Shown here: piece after piece, positions 1 to 9,388 of the stretch | How the letters are laid out: every line of letters begins with the position of its first letter | Numbering within the stretch: position 1 is the first letter of the stretch | Assembly: GCA_020354785.1 (NCBI GenBank) | Contig: CP070654.1 | Span: 2,534,654 to 2,567,874, forward strand | Length of the DNA: 33,221 nt | Direction of reading: 5' to 3' | DNA from: Bacteroidales bacterium | GTDB taxonomy: Bacteria > Bacteroidota > Bacteroidia > Bacteroidales > UBA10428 | The notes under the pieces: model-generated | The model's input: the letters and a program-made list of their open reading frames with translations, nothing else | Told to the model about the DNA's origin: nothing | The model's database searches: none | Program-made: the position numbers and the translations under genes

Positions 1-103
1 TCAGATAGTTAACTGGTTTCTTAAAAGTTTTAAATTGAAAAAATATTTTTTAATAGTCTCAGCATTCATCGATAAAAGAATTTAGAAGCTTTATTCAGGT
101 ATT

Positions 104-2254
104 CTATTCATGTTTAATAATACTTGAAATTTTATGCATTACTCCACCGTCAATTAATTTATTGGCATTATCATGGTTAACATTAATAACCTGTCCGGAC
201 TGATCAGTTATTTGTAAATTACCCGGGGAATTCAGTATATCAAGTTCCCCGTAAACTATTCCCTGATCCGTAACTGTATCAATAAAATTTGTATAGAAAA
301 TACCTGACTTTTCTCCATTATCAAAAATTACATCTCCTTTCACAAAATGATAAAATATAAAATCTTTTAGAAGATCCGGATCATCCGGAATATCACCATC
401 ATTCCGAGCCTGTATTACTGCCGAATTATCCGGTAAAAACATAGTCCAGTAATCCGTTTCAGCCAGGAAGTTAAGAACCGGCAGTGTGTCAAATGACATA
501 GGGTCTACCCAGGTAGTCAATAGATTTGAACTGTCAAGTAAAGTATAGAATTCTGATAATTCAGGATCATTTCCGATAAGTTCAGCAGCAGTATAATCAG
601 GCACTTTAATAACATTATTAAGATAATACAATGCACCGTTTATTTCATTATCTTGCATATCTGTAAATCCTGTGTTATCACCATCTTCATAGTTGCCTGC
701 TCCGTAGAGCACATTGTTATTATAATATACATAGTGCCTTGAACTCATTTCAACATAACCTTCTCCGCTAAAGTCTGTTATTTTTGCTTTTATGATATGA
801 TTTTCAACAAATTCTTCTAAATCTTCCAACCTGAAATTAGTCCACAAACCGCTCCGGCTTAAAAACTGCATTATATTATCCTGAGCATTATAACGAATAC
901 CATTATTTGTCAGCTGTTCGTTATCCGGGGCAAAAACAGTTACCTTAAATTCAGGGGTTGAAATTGAATTTATCATATCTGCTCTTAATAAAGCATTCAG
1001 GAATATAGAATAGTTACTGTTAAAAAACAGTGGTCCCGGGACTGTTGTGAATACATAAGGTTCAACCACTTTGTTCATTTCATATAATGCCCCGTTGCTG
1101 CACATGAATGCATCTGAAATGTCATTATCCGGATCAATGTATACAATATCTCCAAATACATTATAAATACCTTTTTCGATCTTTGATTTAAGTCCAAGTT
1201 TATCAGTAATATGGGATTGAATAATATAATTCAGGGTAACCGACGGCATGCTGTCAATAGAGCTGTAATACGGATACACATTTTCATCCAGGTATGCCTG
1301 CAAAACATCATTTCTTGGTATATATGCAGTAAACAAGTCCTGCCTTATAAGCTCATCCCCTGCGGACGGACCCGCTTCATCGGCAATATCGAGCATTGGA
1401 TTTGTATAATACTTAACATAGACCTGCTGATCCTGATCGTTGGTACCATTAGTTCTATATCTTGCAAAGCGCTGAATCAGCTCATAATATAATCCGTACT
1501 TATCCTGGTTATCTTTCAAATATTCCTCAAGGGTGGGCATAGGTTCTACAACCCGATCGAGGTAGTAAATAAATCCGGTTCTGGTTCTTACTTCGGCTTC
1601 GGTTACCATGGCACTGTGCCATTGCATCCCTCCCCATTCACTGTCCCTGTATAAAAATTCATAATCGGAACCGTCAGGCGATGCGAAATAATCTTCCATA
1701 AAATCTACTGTAAACAGAGGCACCCATTTATTTCGCCTGGTATGAATGATTAAATTTTCGCCTATATAATTGGGATCATAAAGCACTGTCTCTCTGTAAG
1801 GCAAAGAAATACTTCTGGTCTGTTTTCTGAAAAACAAAGCTGCATATTCTCCCGTAGGTCCCTGTAATTCACCCCATACCCACTCATATATTAACTGAAA
1901 TCTGGATCTTGGATTTCTCAGTACATGCAATGTGAAAAGCGAGCGTGCCTGGTCTTCGGTTAATTCATCCACCGATTCAATACCAATTTTATTGAAATAC
2001 GCCCGAAAAGCGCTATCGCGTGGCACAAATAATGTAAAGAGTTGTTTTGTTATGGGTTCGGTATATTCAGCTATTTCCATTAAGGATAAGTATATATTGC
2101 AATCTCCCTCTTCAGTTAGAGTTTCAATACTTGTTCCTCCCAGCCATTCCGGGGTTTCATATATTTCCTTTGTTTGCTTTTCACAACCTGATAAAAGCCA
2201 AAATATACCGACAAAAAAAACAAATGTTCTTAAAAACAAATATCGCCTTGCCAT
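104..2254 (-). CDS. Fasciclin (FAS1) multi-domain lipoprotein
   Basis: The N-terminus MARRYLFLRTFVFFVGIFWLLSGCEK is a signal peptide with a lipobox Cys. At least four FAS1-type motifs recur: FTLFVPRDSAF, FTAYIPRNDVLQAY, VTVFAPDNEQL and TMFLPDNSAVIQA. Each is followed by H-x-[IV] motifs such as LHVL, QSHIT, ENHII and YHFV. The stop codon is TAG. Confidence 0.8.
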   Translation of the reverse strand: MARRYLFLRTFVFFVGIFWLLSGCEKQTKEIYETPEWLGGTSIETLTEEGDCNIYLSLMEIAEYTEPITKQLFTLFVPRDSAFRAYFNKIGIESVDELTEDQARSLFTLHVLRNPRSRFQLIYEWVWGELQGPTGEYAALFFRKQTRSISLPYRETVLYDPNYIGENLIIHTRRNKWVPLFTVDFMEDYFASPDGSDYEFLYRDSEWGGMQWHSAMVTEAEVRTRTGFIYYLDRVVEPMPTLEEYLKDNQDKYGLYYELIQRFARYRTNGTNDQDQQVYVKYYTNPMLDIADEAGPSAGDELIRQDLFTAYIPRNDVLQAYLDENVYPYYSSIDSMPSVTLNYIIQSHITDKLGLKSKIEKGIYNVFGDIVYIDPDNDISDAFMCSNGALYEMNKVVEPYVFTTVPGPLFFNSNYSIFLNALLRADMINSISTPEFKVTVFAPDNEQLTNNGIRYNAQDNIMQFLSRSGLWTNFRLEDLEEFVENHIIKAKITDFSGEGYVEMSSRHYVYYNNNVLYGAGNYEDGDNTGFTDMQDNEINGALYYLNNVIKVPDYTAAELIGNDPELSEFYTLLDSSNLLTTWVDPMSFDTLPVLNFLAETDYWTMFLPDNSAVIQARNDGDIPDDPDLLKDFIFYHFVKGDVIFDNGEKSGIFYTNFIDTVTDQGIVYGELDILNSPGNLQITDQSGQVINVNHDNANKLIDGGVMHKISSIIKHE

Positions 2255-2299
2255 AGTTATTATTATATTAGTTAATATTCTATTAGTCTTTTATTAAGT

Positions 2300-2410
2300 C
2301 CCTTATTCCTCAATCGCAAATCTTAAATCGTTAATCTTAAATCGTTAATCTTAAATCGTTAATCTTTATTCCCTTATTCCCTTACTCCTTTATTTCCCTT
2401 ATTCCTCTTA
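2300..2410. repeat. Composite intergenic tandem repeat: 4 x 14-bp AATCGTTAATCTTA units flanked by 8-9-bp ATTCCCTT-type units
   Basis: Direct reading gives cccttattcct, then aatcgcaaatctta / aatcgttaatctta / aatcgttaatctta / aatcgttaatcttt at 2312-2367. This is followed by attccctt attccctt actccttt atttccctt attcctctt at 2368-2410. The reverse complement matches motifs at 10611-10826. Confidence 0.85.
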
Positions 2411-2505
2411 TCAATAAATCTCTGAATTTATAAAAAATGTCTTATAATGAATAAATATTTAACACTTTAAATATAATAATTATTTAAAATAACATACTTG
2501 CTTCA

Positions 2506-3108
2506 TTAAATTTTTGCATTTCTGGATTTTATTCCCAGGTATCCTCCATGATGCCTCTTTGCATATTCTTCAGGCGAAAAGTTGATTTTATTCATCATAA
2601 GGACTACCAGTATATCTCCTATGACCGTCATTGTGGTGGTAGATGTAGTAGGAGTTAAGCCAATCGGACATACTTCATCTGGGTGGCCGGTATGGATTAT
2701 AATATCTGCAATATTTCCAAGCTGACTATCCTGATTTCCAGTTATTACAACTATGGGTATGTTCTTAACCAGCTTTCTTGCCAGCTCAACAAGTTCAATA
2801 ATTTCCCTTGTCTTTCCTGAGTTTGAGATAAGCAGAAGAACATCATTTTTCTGTATTACACCGAGGTCACCATGCTGTGCATCACTAGGATGTAGAAACA
2901 ATGCCGGAGTACCCGTGGAACTAAATGTTGTTGCAATATTTGTTGCTATCTGTCCAGCCTTACCCATACCACTCGCAATTATCTTACCTCCCTTATTATG
3001 CACATATTGAAAAATTAATTCTATGGTTTTATCAATATCTTCAGTTACAGGTATATTTAATATTGCATCTGCTTCTGCTCTTAACAGCCTCTCTATATCT
3101 TTCTTCAT
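2506..3108 (-). CDS. Single-SIS-domain sugar-phosphate isomerase (KpsF/GutQ-like, possible arabinose-5-phosphate isomerase lacking CBS domains)
   Basis: SIS-domain motifs are present: GGKIIASGMGKAGQIATNIATTFSSTG, LLLISNSGKTREI and IPIVVITGN. At 200 aa there is no room for the CBS pair of full-length KpsF. Confidence 0.75.
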   Translation of the reverse strand: MKKDIERLLRAEADAILNIPVTEDIDKTIELIFQYVHNKGGKIIASGMGKAGQIATNIATTFSSTGTPALFLHPSDAQHGDLGVIQKNDVLLLISNSGKTREIIELVELARKLVKNIPIVVITGNQDSQLGNIADIIIHTGHPDEVCPIGLTPTTSTTTMTVIGDILVVLMMNKINFSPEEYAKRHHGGYLGIKSRNAKI

Positions 3109-3424
3109 TTAATATTCATATAAAGTATTTAACTCAGACAAAGATATAAGAAATTCACAGCAGAGACAGGCTGGACAAAATTATTTTAAAGAAATAACGG
3201 AATATTCAGGCACCTGATCTGCTAATTCAAAAAAATCCCGTACCTTACCTATAAAAGGGTTATATATTTATATTTATACATTTTTTATTTTTTTACTATT
3301 TATTTAATATGGTTTATTTATACTTTTTATTTTATTTTATAATTTATACCCTTCTGTTTTGGGGGTTATATTTATTTTTTTATATTTACAACTTAAATTC
3401 ATTTGCAACTTAAAACTTTTAGCT

Positions 3425-4141
3425 ATGAAAAATTTCTATCTGCCTGTCTTTTTCGCAATTGCATTATTATTGATTCCGGTAGATAATCTTAAAGCCCAGG
3501 AAGAAGAGGAGTCTTCACCGGTATCTGTAGGAGCAGATTTAGTAAGCCGGTATATTTGGCGTGGTACAGATTTCGGAAGTTCACCCAGTATACAGCCCTG
3601 TATCGAAGCCAATATTTACGGGATAACATTAGGTGCATGGGGGGCATATACACATAATGCTCCGGGAGCTCAGGAAGCCGATCTTTATATTTCCTACACA
3701 TTCGCCGACATGGTATCTGTCGGATTTACAGATTATTTCTTCCCTGACGACCAGGCGGGTTTAATGGACTACTTTTCTGATTCAAATCACGTTATTGAGT
3801 TTAATGCCGGATTTTCAGCAGGAGATTTTAGTTTTTCAGCAAATATTAATTTAATGAACGACAATGACAATTCCCTGTATTTTGAAGCCGGATACAGTTT
3901 TGGCTTTATAGACGTGTTTGTTGGTGCCGGAAATGGCATTTATACTGTTGAAACAGCAGTACCTGATTATGATCCTGTGGTTGATCCTGACCCGGGCGAC
4001 GAATTCATGATAGTAAACTTTGGTATTTCGGCATCAAAAGATATTAAGGTAACGGACAGCTATTCTATACCAGTTTCAGGTTCATTTATTATTAATCCTT
4101 ACACCAGAACCCCATTCCTGGTGTTTGGTATTTCATTTTAG
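3425..4141 (+). CDS. Putative small outer-membrane beta-barrel protein (TorF/Gcw_chp-like)
   Basis: I chose the ATG at 3425 because it yields a clean signal peptide, MKNFYLPVFFAIALLLIPVDNLKAQ. The sequence has alternating aromatic/Gly-rich strands (VSRYIWRGTDFG, GAWGAY, DLYISYTF) and a C-terminal FGISF. The family assignment is from memory and tentative. Confidence 0.5.
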   Translation: MKNFYLPVFFAIALLLIPVDNLKAQEEEESSPVSVGADLVSRYIWRGTDFGSSPSIQPCIEANIYGITLGAWGAYTHNAPGAQEADLYISYTFADMVSVGFTDYFFPDDQAGLMDYFSDSNHVIEFNAGFSAGDFSFSANINLMNDNDNSLYFEAGYSFGFIDVFVGAGNGIYTVETAVPDYDPVVDPDPGDEFMIVNFGISASKDIKVTDSYSIPVSGSFIINPYTRTPFLVFGISF

Positions 4142-4151
4142 CATAAAAAAA

Positions 4152-4179
4152 GGCTGCCTTATAAAGACAGCCATTTTTT
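4152..4179. terminator. Probable bidirectional intrinsic terminator between convergent genes
   Basis: A stem ggctgcc / gacagcc (one mismatch) has a 7-9-nt loop. It is flanked by an A6 run upstream (4145-4150) and a T6 run downstream (4174-4179). Confidence 0.55.
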
Positions 4180-4202
4180 ATCAAAGTTTGTTAATTCTAT
4201 AT

Positions 4203-5564
4203 TTACGGTTTAGGATAGTGCTTGATTAACTCAAGATTCTTATCGATTTCTTCCTGAGGTAAATCATAATCTGTTAACTGGCCGGTAAGGAATTTGTCAT
4301 AGCCTGTAAGATCCATCAATCCATGGCCACTGAAATTAAACAATATGACCTTTTCTTTTCCTTCCTCTTTTGCTTTTTTAGCTTCGCGAATTGCAGCAGC
4401 AATAGCATGAGTTGTTTCAGGAGCGGGAATTATACCTTCAGTTTTGGCAAATAATACTCCTGCTTCATAACTTTCAATCTGATGCAGCGCCAGGGGTGTT
4501 AAAAGACCCTCTTCAACAGCTTTACTTACCAGTGGTGCCATACCATGATAGCGTAATCCACCTGCATGAATCGGAGGAGGAACAAAGGTATGTCCCAGAG
4601 AATGCATAGCTACAAGGGGAACCATCATAGCAGTATCACCATTATCATAAACATAGGGACCCCTTGTCATAGTCGGGCATGATGCAGGTTCTACCGGTAT
4701 AATTTCAATGTCCGCACCGTTAATCTTATCATAAAGAAAAGGAAATGATAATCCTGCAAAATTACTTCCTCCGCCTGCACAACCGATAATAACATCAACT
4801 TTCTTTTCCCCGAACTTTTCCAGCTGTTTTTTAGTTTCAAGTCCGATTACAGTTTGATGCATGCAAACAAAATTTGTAACACTACCCAGCGAATATCTTG
4901 TTTTTCCGCTTTTATCTGTTACTGCCGCTTCAATTGCTTCACTAATAGCAATTCCCAGGCTTCCCGGAGTATCAGGGTCTTTCTCCAGTATTGTCTGCCC
5001 TGCCTTTGTTTCAGTACTCGGACTCGCAACGCAGTTGGCTCCCCAGGTTGCCATCATAAGCTTCCTGTAAGGTTTCTGTTCAAAACTTATACGTACCATA
5101 AAGACTTTACATTCCAGCCCTACCAGGGCACAGGCAAAAGCAAGTGCACTGCCCCATTGTCCTGCTCCGGTTTCAGTAGTTAACCGCTCAATACCAAACT
5201 CTTTGTTGTACCATGCCTATGTTGCGGCAGTATTTGGTTTATGGCTTCCGGCCGGCGACAGGCTTTCATTTTTATAGTATATTTTAGCCGGAGTTTGTAA
5301 GGCTTCTTCCAGTTCGTAAGCCCTGTGCAAGGGTGAAGGTCTCCATCTGGATAACAGGTCAAGAACACCCTCAGGTATATCTATCCATCGTTCAGTGCTG
5401 TATTCCTGTTCAACTAAATTCATCGGAAAAACAGGAGCCCATGCTTCGGGTGGCACAGCACCGTCAGGACTCATATAAGGAGGCACTTTGATATCAGCCG
5501 CCAGATTGTACCATTGCCTCGGTATTTCCTTTTCATCAAGGTAAACTTTTCGTATTCTACTCAT
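4203..5564 (-). pseudogene. trpB: Tryptophan synthase beta chain, TrpB2 type, interrupted by a single in-frame TAG
   Basis: ORFs 5217..5564 and 4203..5099 lie in the same frame. Translating 5100..5216 on the minus strand gives [39 protein letters not shown], which joins them seamlessly. The PLP-lysine motif SPAGSHKPNTAAT is followed by TAG (plus-strand cta at 5217-5219) at the position where I recall TrpB proteins having a conserved Gln. The reconstructed length is about 453 aa. Confidence 0.85.
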
Positions 5565-5590
5565 AGGAATTAAATTTAGGGTTAATACTT

Positions 5591-5645
5591 TCCTGCTCCC
5601 TGAAACATGTTGTTTTAATGAATTTCAACATCTTTCACTGCAGGA
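5591..5645 (-). terminator. Long imperfect hairpin in the galU-trpB2 spacer (candidate galU terminator or trpB2 leader structure)
   Basis: TCCTGC (5591-5596) pairs with GCAGGA (5640-5645). GAAACATGTTG (5602-5612) pairs with CAACATCTTTC (5626-5636) at 10 of 11 positions. No U-tract follows on the minus strand. Confidence 0.35.
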
Positions 5646-5736
5646 GAAGATATAAAATATAAGTTCTAGATAAAGACATGTTAGTCTTGTTTCCTGCAAA
5701 AATAAATATTCTGCTTAATATTCCTAATTTATTTTC

Positions 5737-6618
5737 TTATTTCTGTTCCTTTTCCGGTTTATCAATAATATCTCTTAAGAATGCCTTAAAAGGTTTGGCA
5801 AATTCTTTTCTTTTTAACGCAAATTCAACGGTTGTTTTCAGAAAATCCATTTTATTACCTATATCATAACGCTTGCCTTCGATAGTAAGTGCCATTATAT
5901 TATCGTGCTTCAGCAATAATTTCATGGCATCTGTCAGCTGGATTTCGTTGCCTTTACCTCTTGGTGTCTTTTCCAGAGCATCAAATATTTCCGGGGTAAG
6001 GATATATCTCCCTGCTATAGCCAGATTTGAAGGAGCCTTATTAATTTCAGGCTTTTCAATAAGTTCATCTACCTGCATTAATTTGTCACTTATCTGTTTT
6101 CCTCCTGTAATTCCATATCTTGTAACTTTGTCTCTGGGAACTATTTCGACCGCAATTATTGTTTGCTTATATTGCTCATAAGTATCTATAAGTTGTTGTG
6201 TTACCGGGATAACCGAATCAATTATTGTATCACCCAGCAATACTACAAATGGTTCATTTCCACAATGACAGCGTGCATGAAATACAGCATCACCCAGGCC
6301 ATTAAGCTCTTTCTGGCGAATAAAATGAATATTTGCCATATCTTCAATATGTCTGAGTTGCGTATATAATACCTCATCTTCCTTTTCCTGAATTTTAGTT
6401 TCTAACTCCAGATTCCTGTCAAAATGATCTTCAATTGATCTTTTACCCTTGCCTGAAATAATTAATATGTCCTCAATACCGGAGTCAACACACTCCTGTA
6501 CGACATATTGAATTACCGGCGTGTCAATGACAGGCAACATCTCTTTGGGTTGAGCTTTTGTTGCAGGAAGAAATCTTATGCCTAAACCTGCAGCAGGAAT
6601 AACAGCTTTACTGATCAT
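5737..6618 (-). CDS. galU: UTP--glucose-1-phosphate uridylyltransferase (GalU-type UDP-sugar pyrophosphorylase)
   Basis: The N-terminus AVIPAAGLGIRFLPATKAQPKEMLPVIDTPVIQYVVQE is the canonical GalU signature. Also present are VLLGD, GRYILTPEIF and the E-I-Q-L-T-D motif. Confidence 0.9.
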   Translation of the reverse strand: MISKAVIPAAGLGIRFLPATKAQPKEMLPVIDTPVIQYVVQECVDSGIEDILIISGKGKRSIEDHFDRNLELETKIQEKEDEVLYTQLRHIEDMANIHFIRQKELNGLGDAVFHARCHCGNEPFVVLLGDTIIDSVIPVTQQLIDTYEQYKQTIIAVEIVPRDKVTRYGITGGKQISDKLMQVDELIEKPEINKAPSNLAIAGRYILTPEIFDALEKTPRGKGNEIQLTDAMKLLLKHDNIMALTIEGKRYDIGNKMDFLKTTVEFALKRKEFAKPFKAFLRDIIDKPEKEQK

Positions 6619-6622
6619 ATTA

Positions 6623-7618
6623 TTAAATTATAAAGGGTTTAATTACTCTTGCATTGATTTTTTTCAGACTTAAGACTAGTTTTCTAAGCATCTCATCGTC
6701 TTTATAGGAGCCGATTATTGCCCCGCCTGAACCGCTGAACTTAGCTGAAGCACCACATTTTCGTGCAGCCTTTACCATCTCCAGGTTACTTTCAGAAATA
6801 TTCATAATCTTACATCTTAAATCAAAATTTGTGTTGATTAAGTCATATAATTCATCATGATCACGCCTGGCGATCGCGTCTTTACCCTTGTCAGCCATTG
6901 ATGCAATCTCTTTAAGTGTTTTATGGACGAAATCGTCTCCATTCTCAAACCTTTGTTTTACAGTATTAAATACCTTGCCTGATTCTTTCCCCAGCTGAGT
7001 TTTATATGCCAGGTAAAGTTTTGGTAAATTCTCAGGATTTAAATGTTCATATTTGCCATGGTTGTTCTTTTCCAGATATGATTTATTAAAATCCATATAT
7101 ACACATCCCTCGTATACCTGTATAACCCTGTCCTGCAAACCTGCATTTATACCTAATTCATCTACTTCGGCCGATAATATCAATGACGGTAATACAGGCA
7201 ATGGAATATTAACATCATAAAATTTCATTAAGCCTTTTATTGTTGCAGTAATAATTGCACTTGAACCTGCTAACCCAACCTGTCTGGGAATAGAGGACTG
7301 GTACTGCAGGGTAAAATTCTTATTAGATAATTTGATTTTATTATCGTCACAATACTCACAAAATTTCTTTATAGCTGCTTTTATTAACCTTGTTCCTCCA
7401 TAGTAACCTGTTAAATTTACCGAGTCAACCAGATGATATACATTACGAAATCTGTTACTGTCAACCGCCTGTTCTTCAATTACTAAATCCGGCGATTCAT
7501 AAATTGAAATAATAGCTCCGAAATTTCTGATAATAATAGAAATTGTCTTTCCAAAATATCCGTCAGAAGGATTACCCAGGAGTCCGGCCCTGGCATAAGC
7601 TCTTGATTCAATTATCAT
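6623..7618 (-). CDS. GHMP-family sugar kinase, glucuronokinase-like
   Basis: The GHMP motif IPRQVGLAGSSAIITATIKGL is present, with N-terminal YARAGLLGNPSDGYFGKTIS, GLQDRVIQVYEG and C-terminal KFSGSGGAIIG. As I recall them, these blocks resemble plant glucuronokinase. The stop lies 4 nt upstream of the galU start. Confidence 0.65.
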   Translation of the reverse strand: MIIESRAYARAGLLGNPSDGYFGKTISIIIRNFGAIISIYESPDLVIEEQAVDSNRFRNVYHLVDSVNLTGYYGGTRLIKAAIKKFCEYCDDNKIKLSNKNFTLQYQSSIPRQVGLAGSSAIITATIKGLMKFYDVNIPLPVLPSLILSAEVDELGINAGLQDRVIQVYEGCVYMDFNKSYLEKNNHGKYEHLNPENLPKLYLAYKTQLGKESGKVFNTVKQRFENGDDFVHKTLKEIASMADKGKDAIARRDHDELYDLINTNFDLRCKIMNISESNLEMVKAARKCGASAKFSGSGGAIIGSYKDDEMLRKLVLSLKKINARVIKPFII

Positions 7619-7644
7619 GTTCTGTATTTCTAATTATATTTTCC

Positions 7645-9282
7645 CTATAATCCTAAAACGCTCATACCCTGCTCAAATACTATATCAACAGGAATGTCTT
7701 TTTCTTCTATTTTCTTCAGTGCTTTTTCAAGATCAGCATCAATAACTCCATATTTGTCAATAATTTCATTTGCCCTGTCATAATCTCCGTTGCCCTGAAT
7801 AGTCAGAATAAGTTCTGATAAAGAGTTGACAGCTTTCTGAAACTCCTCATAACTGACGTTATATTTCCCGTTTACATCAATATAAAAGGCTCCCTTTTCC
7901 TTGAAATAGTTAAACCTTATCAGGTTTGCCTTTCCATGTGCGCTGGCGGCACCAAAACGTATGGAGCGGAATATACCTGCCATAAAAGTCGAGTAATTAT
8001 CCATTAAATCGTTGTCAATTTCTCCCATCTCTTTTAGCTTCATTACAAGAAACAATCCCAGTATGTCTGCCTTTCCTTCTTCAATAGTTGTATAGTTGTC
8101 TTTTAACGCTTCCCTTACTGTTCCCCTGTTATTTATTGTATTTTTTATTCCTAATCCGTGAGCTACCTCATGATACATTGTATTAGCAAAGAATGCATCA
8201 AATGTTATATGTTGCTGCTGATCCTCAGCCATTAATTCTTTTGCTATCGGAACCAGAATTTTGTCAAATTTGGCTTTCATTGAATTTTTCAGCTGAAGGT
8301 TCCGGCTGCCTTTCTCCAGCTGCACTTTCTCGTCATTAGGCAGGTTTATAGCAATAGATTTGGCTCCTGCATTGCAATCCCCCGCATAGTATATTGCATC
8401 ATAAGCGCCAAGATCGGAATCGCTGCCAGGTATCTCGGATTTATATATCTCATTAACCGGTAAGGCCTTCTGTAATTGAGGTAAAATAGAAGAATACTTA
8501 TCAAGCTTTTTGCTCCATTCAAGATCCTTAATCAGAATAAACGCTTCAAATGATGCTTTGTATCCGTATAATTGATCTTCATATGTTTCAATCGGTCCAA
8601 CAATGAAATCAATTTTATTTGTCTTCATATCCATCCATGCAATATCGCTTGCAAAATAATCGTCTGTTAAAAGGGCCGCTGCTCTCAACTTCAGATATTC
8701 TTTAAATCCCTGGTCTTCTGCAAGTTCTGCCGCTTTTAGTAATAAGCCGGATGCTTTTGCTGACTGTTCTTTAAAACATAAATGATAAGGTACAGATTCC
8801 AGGCTTCCGTCCTCTTTCCTTTTTATTAGTGTATACAGACTTGCTTTATCATCTGAATTGAATGAAGTGAATTCTTCTTTAGTCATATCTTCAGGATAAA
8901 AGTTTGCACCGGCAGGTTTTTCTCCTGCCCCCTCTATAAAGGGCTTGTTATTATTAAGTCTTTCCCAGGGACCATAATTTATCAATACTAATTTTTTCCC
9001 GGCTTCAGAATCAATATTGCTTAATAATTCTTCTTTGTCTCCATATGCCTGGTACCAGAAAAGTTCATCCATTATCTCAGCAGCTTCAATCAATATCGGG
9101 ATCATCTTTTTCTGGTTATCACTCAAGTCATCTAAACTGGTTGTCAACTTTACTATAGCAAAGTCATTGATTTTTTCCATAAGTTCATTATTTGTTTCAT
9201 CCTGGCTGTTATAAGAGCTTCTTTTACAGGAACCAATTATTATCAGGAAAATTAGAAGTATGCCAACTGTTTTATTTATCAT
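7645..9282 (-). CDS. Zinc metallopeptidase lipoprotein, M49 (dipeptidyl-peptidase III)-like with an HExxH variant motif
   Basis: HEVAHGLG is followed about 30 residues later by EEGKADILG. I chose the ATG at 9282 because it gives MINKTVGILLIFLIIIGSCK, a signal peptide with a lipobox. Confidence 0.6.
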   Translation of the reverse strand: MINKTVGILLIFLIIIGSCKRSSYNSQDETNNELMEKINDFAIVKLTTSLDDLSDNQKKMIPILIEAAEIMDELFWYQAYGDKEELLSNIDSEAGKKLVLINYGPWERLNNNKPFIEGAGEKPAGANFYPEDMTKEEFTSFNSDDKASLYTLIKRKEDGSLESVPYHLCFKEQSAKASGLLLKAAELAEDQGFKEYLKLRAAALLTDDYFASDIAWMDMKTNKIDFIVGPIETYEDQLYGYKASFEAFILIKDLEWSKKLDKYSSILPQLQKALPVNEIYKSEIPGSDSDLGAYDAIYYAGDCNAGAKSIAINLPNDEKVQLEKGSRNLQLKNSMKAKFDKILVPIAKELMAEDQQQHITFDAFFANTMYHEVAHGLGIKNTINNRGTVREALKDNYTTIEEGKADILGLFLVMKLKEMGEIDNDLMDNYSTFMAGIFRSIRFGAASAHGKANLIRFNYFKEKGAFYIDVNGKYNVSYEEFQKAVNSLSELILTIQGNGDYDRANEIIDKYGVIDADLEKALKKIEEKDIPVDIVFEQGMSVLGL

Positions 9283-9388
9283 GATTTTAATATTATTATA
9301 ATTATTATCGAGGAACAAATTTAAGATTAAATTCCTCAATAAATAATCTAATAGACTATTTTTGCAGCTTTATCAAGCGTGCATCCCA

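Noticed and set aside
1211-2297. Plus-strand ORFs inside the fasciclin gene (1211..1492, 1932..2297, 2047..2256)
   Set aside because: They are antisense shadows within a 716-aa gene that has clear domain repeats.
5217-5219. TAG reassignment or pyrrolysine as the explanation for the in-frame stop in trpB2
   Set aside because: TAG is the terminator of at least three well-supported genes in this window (fasciclin, the small barrel, the polyferredoxin). The expected residue is Gln, one transition away. No pyl genes are seen.
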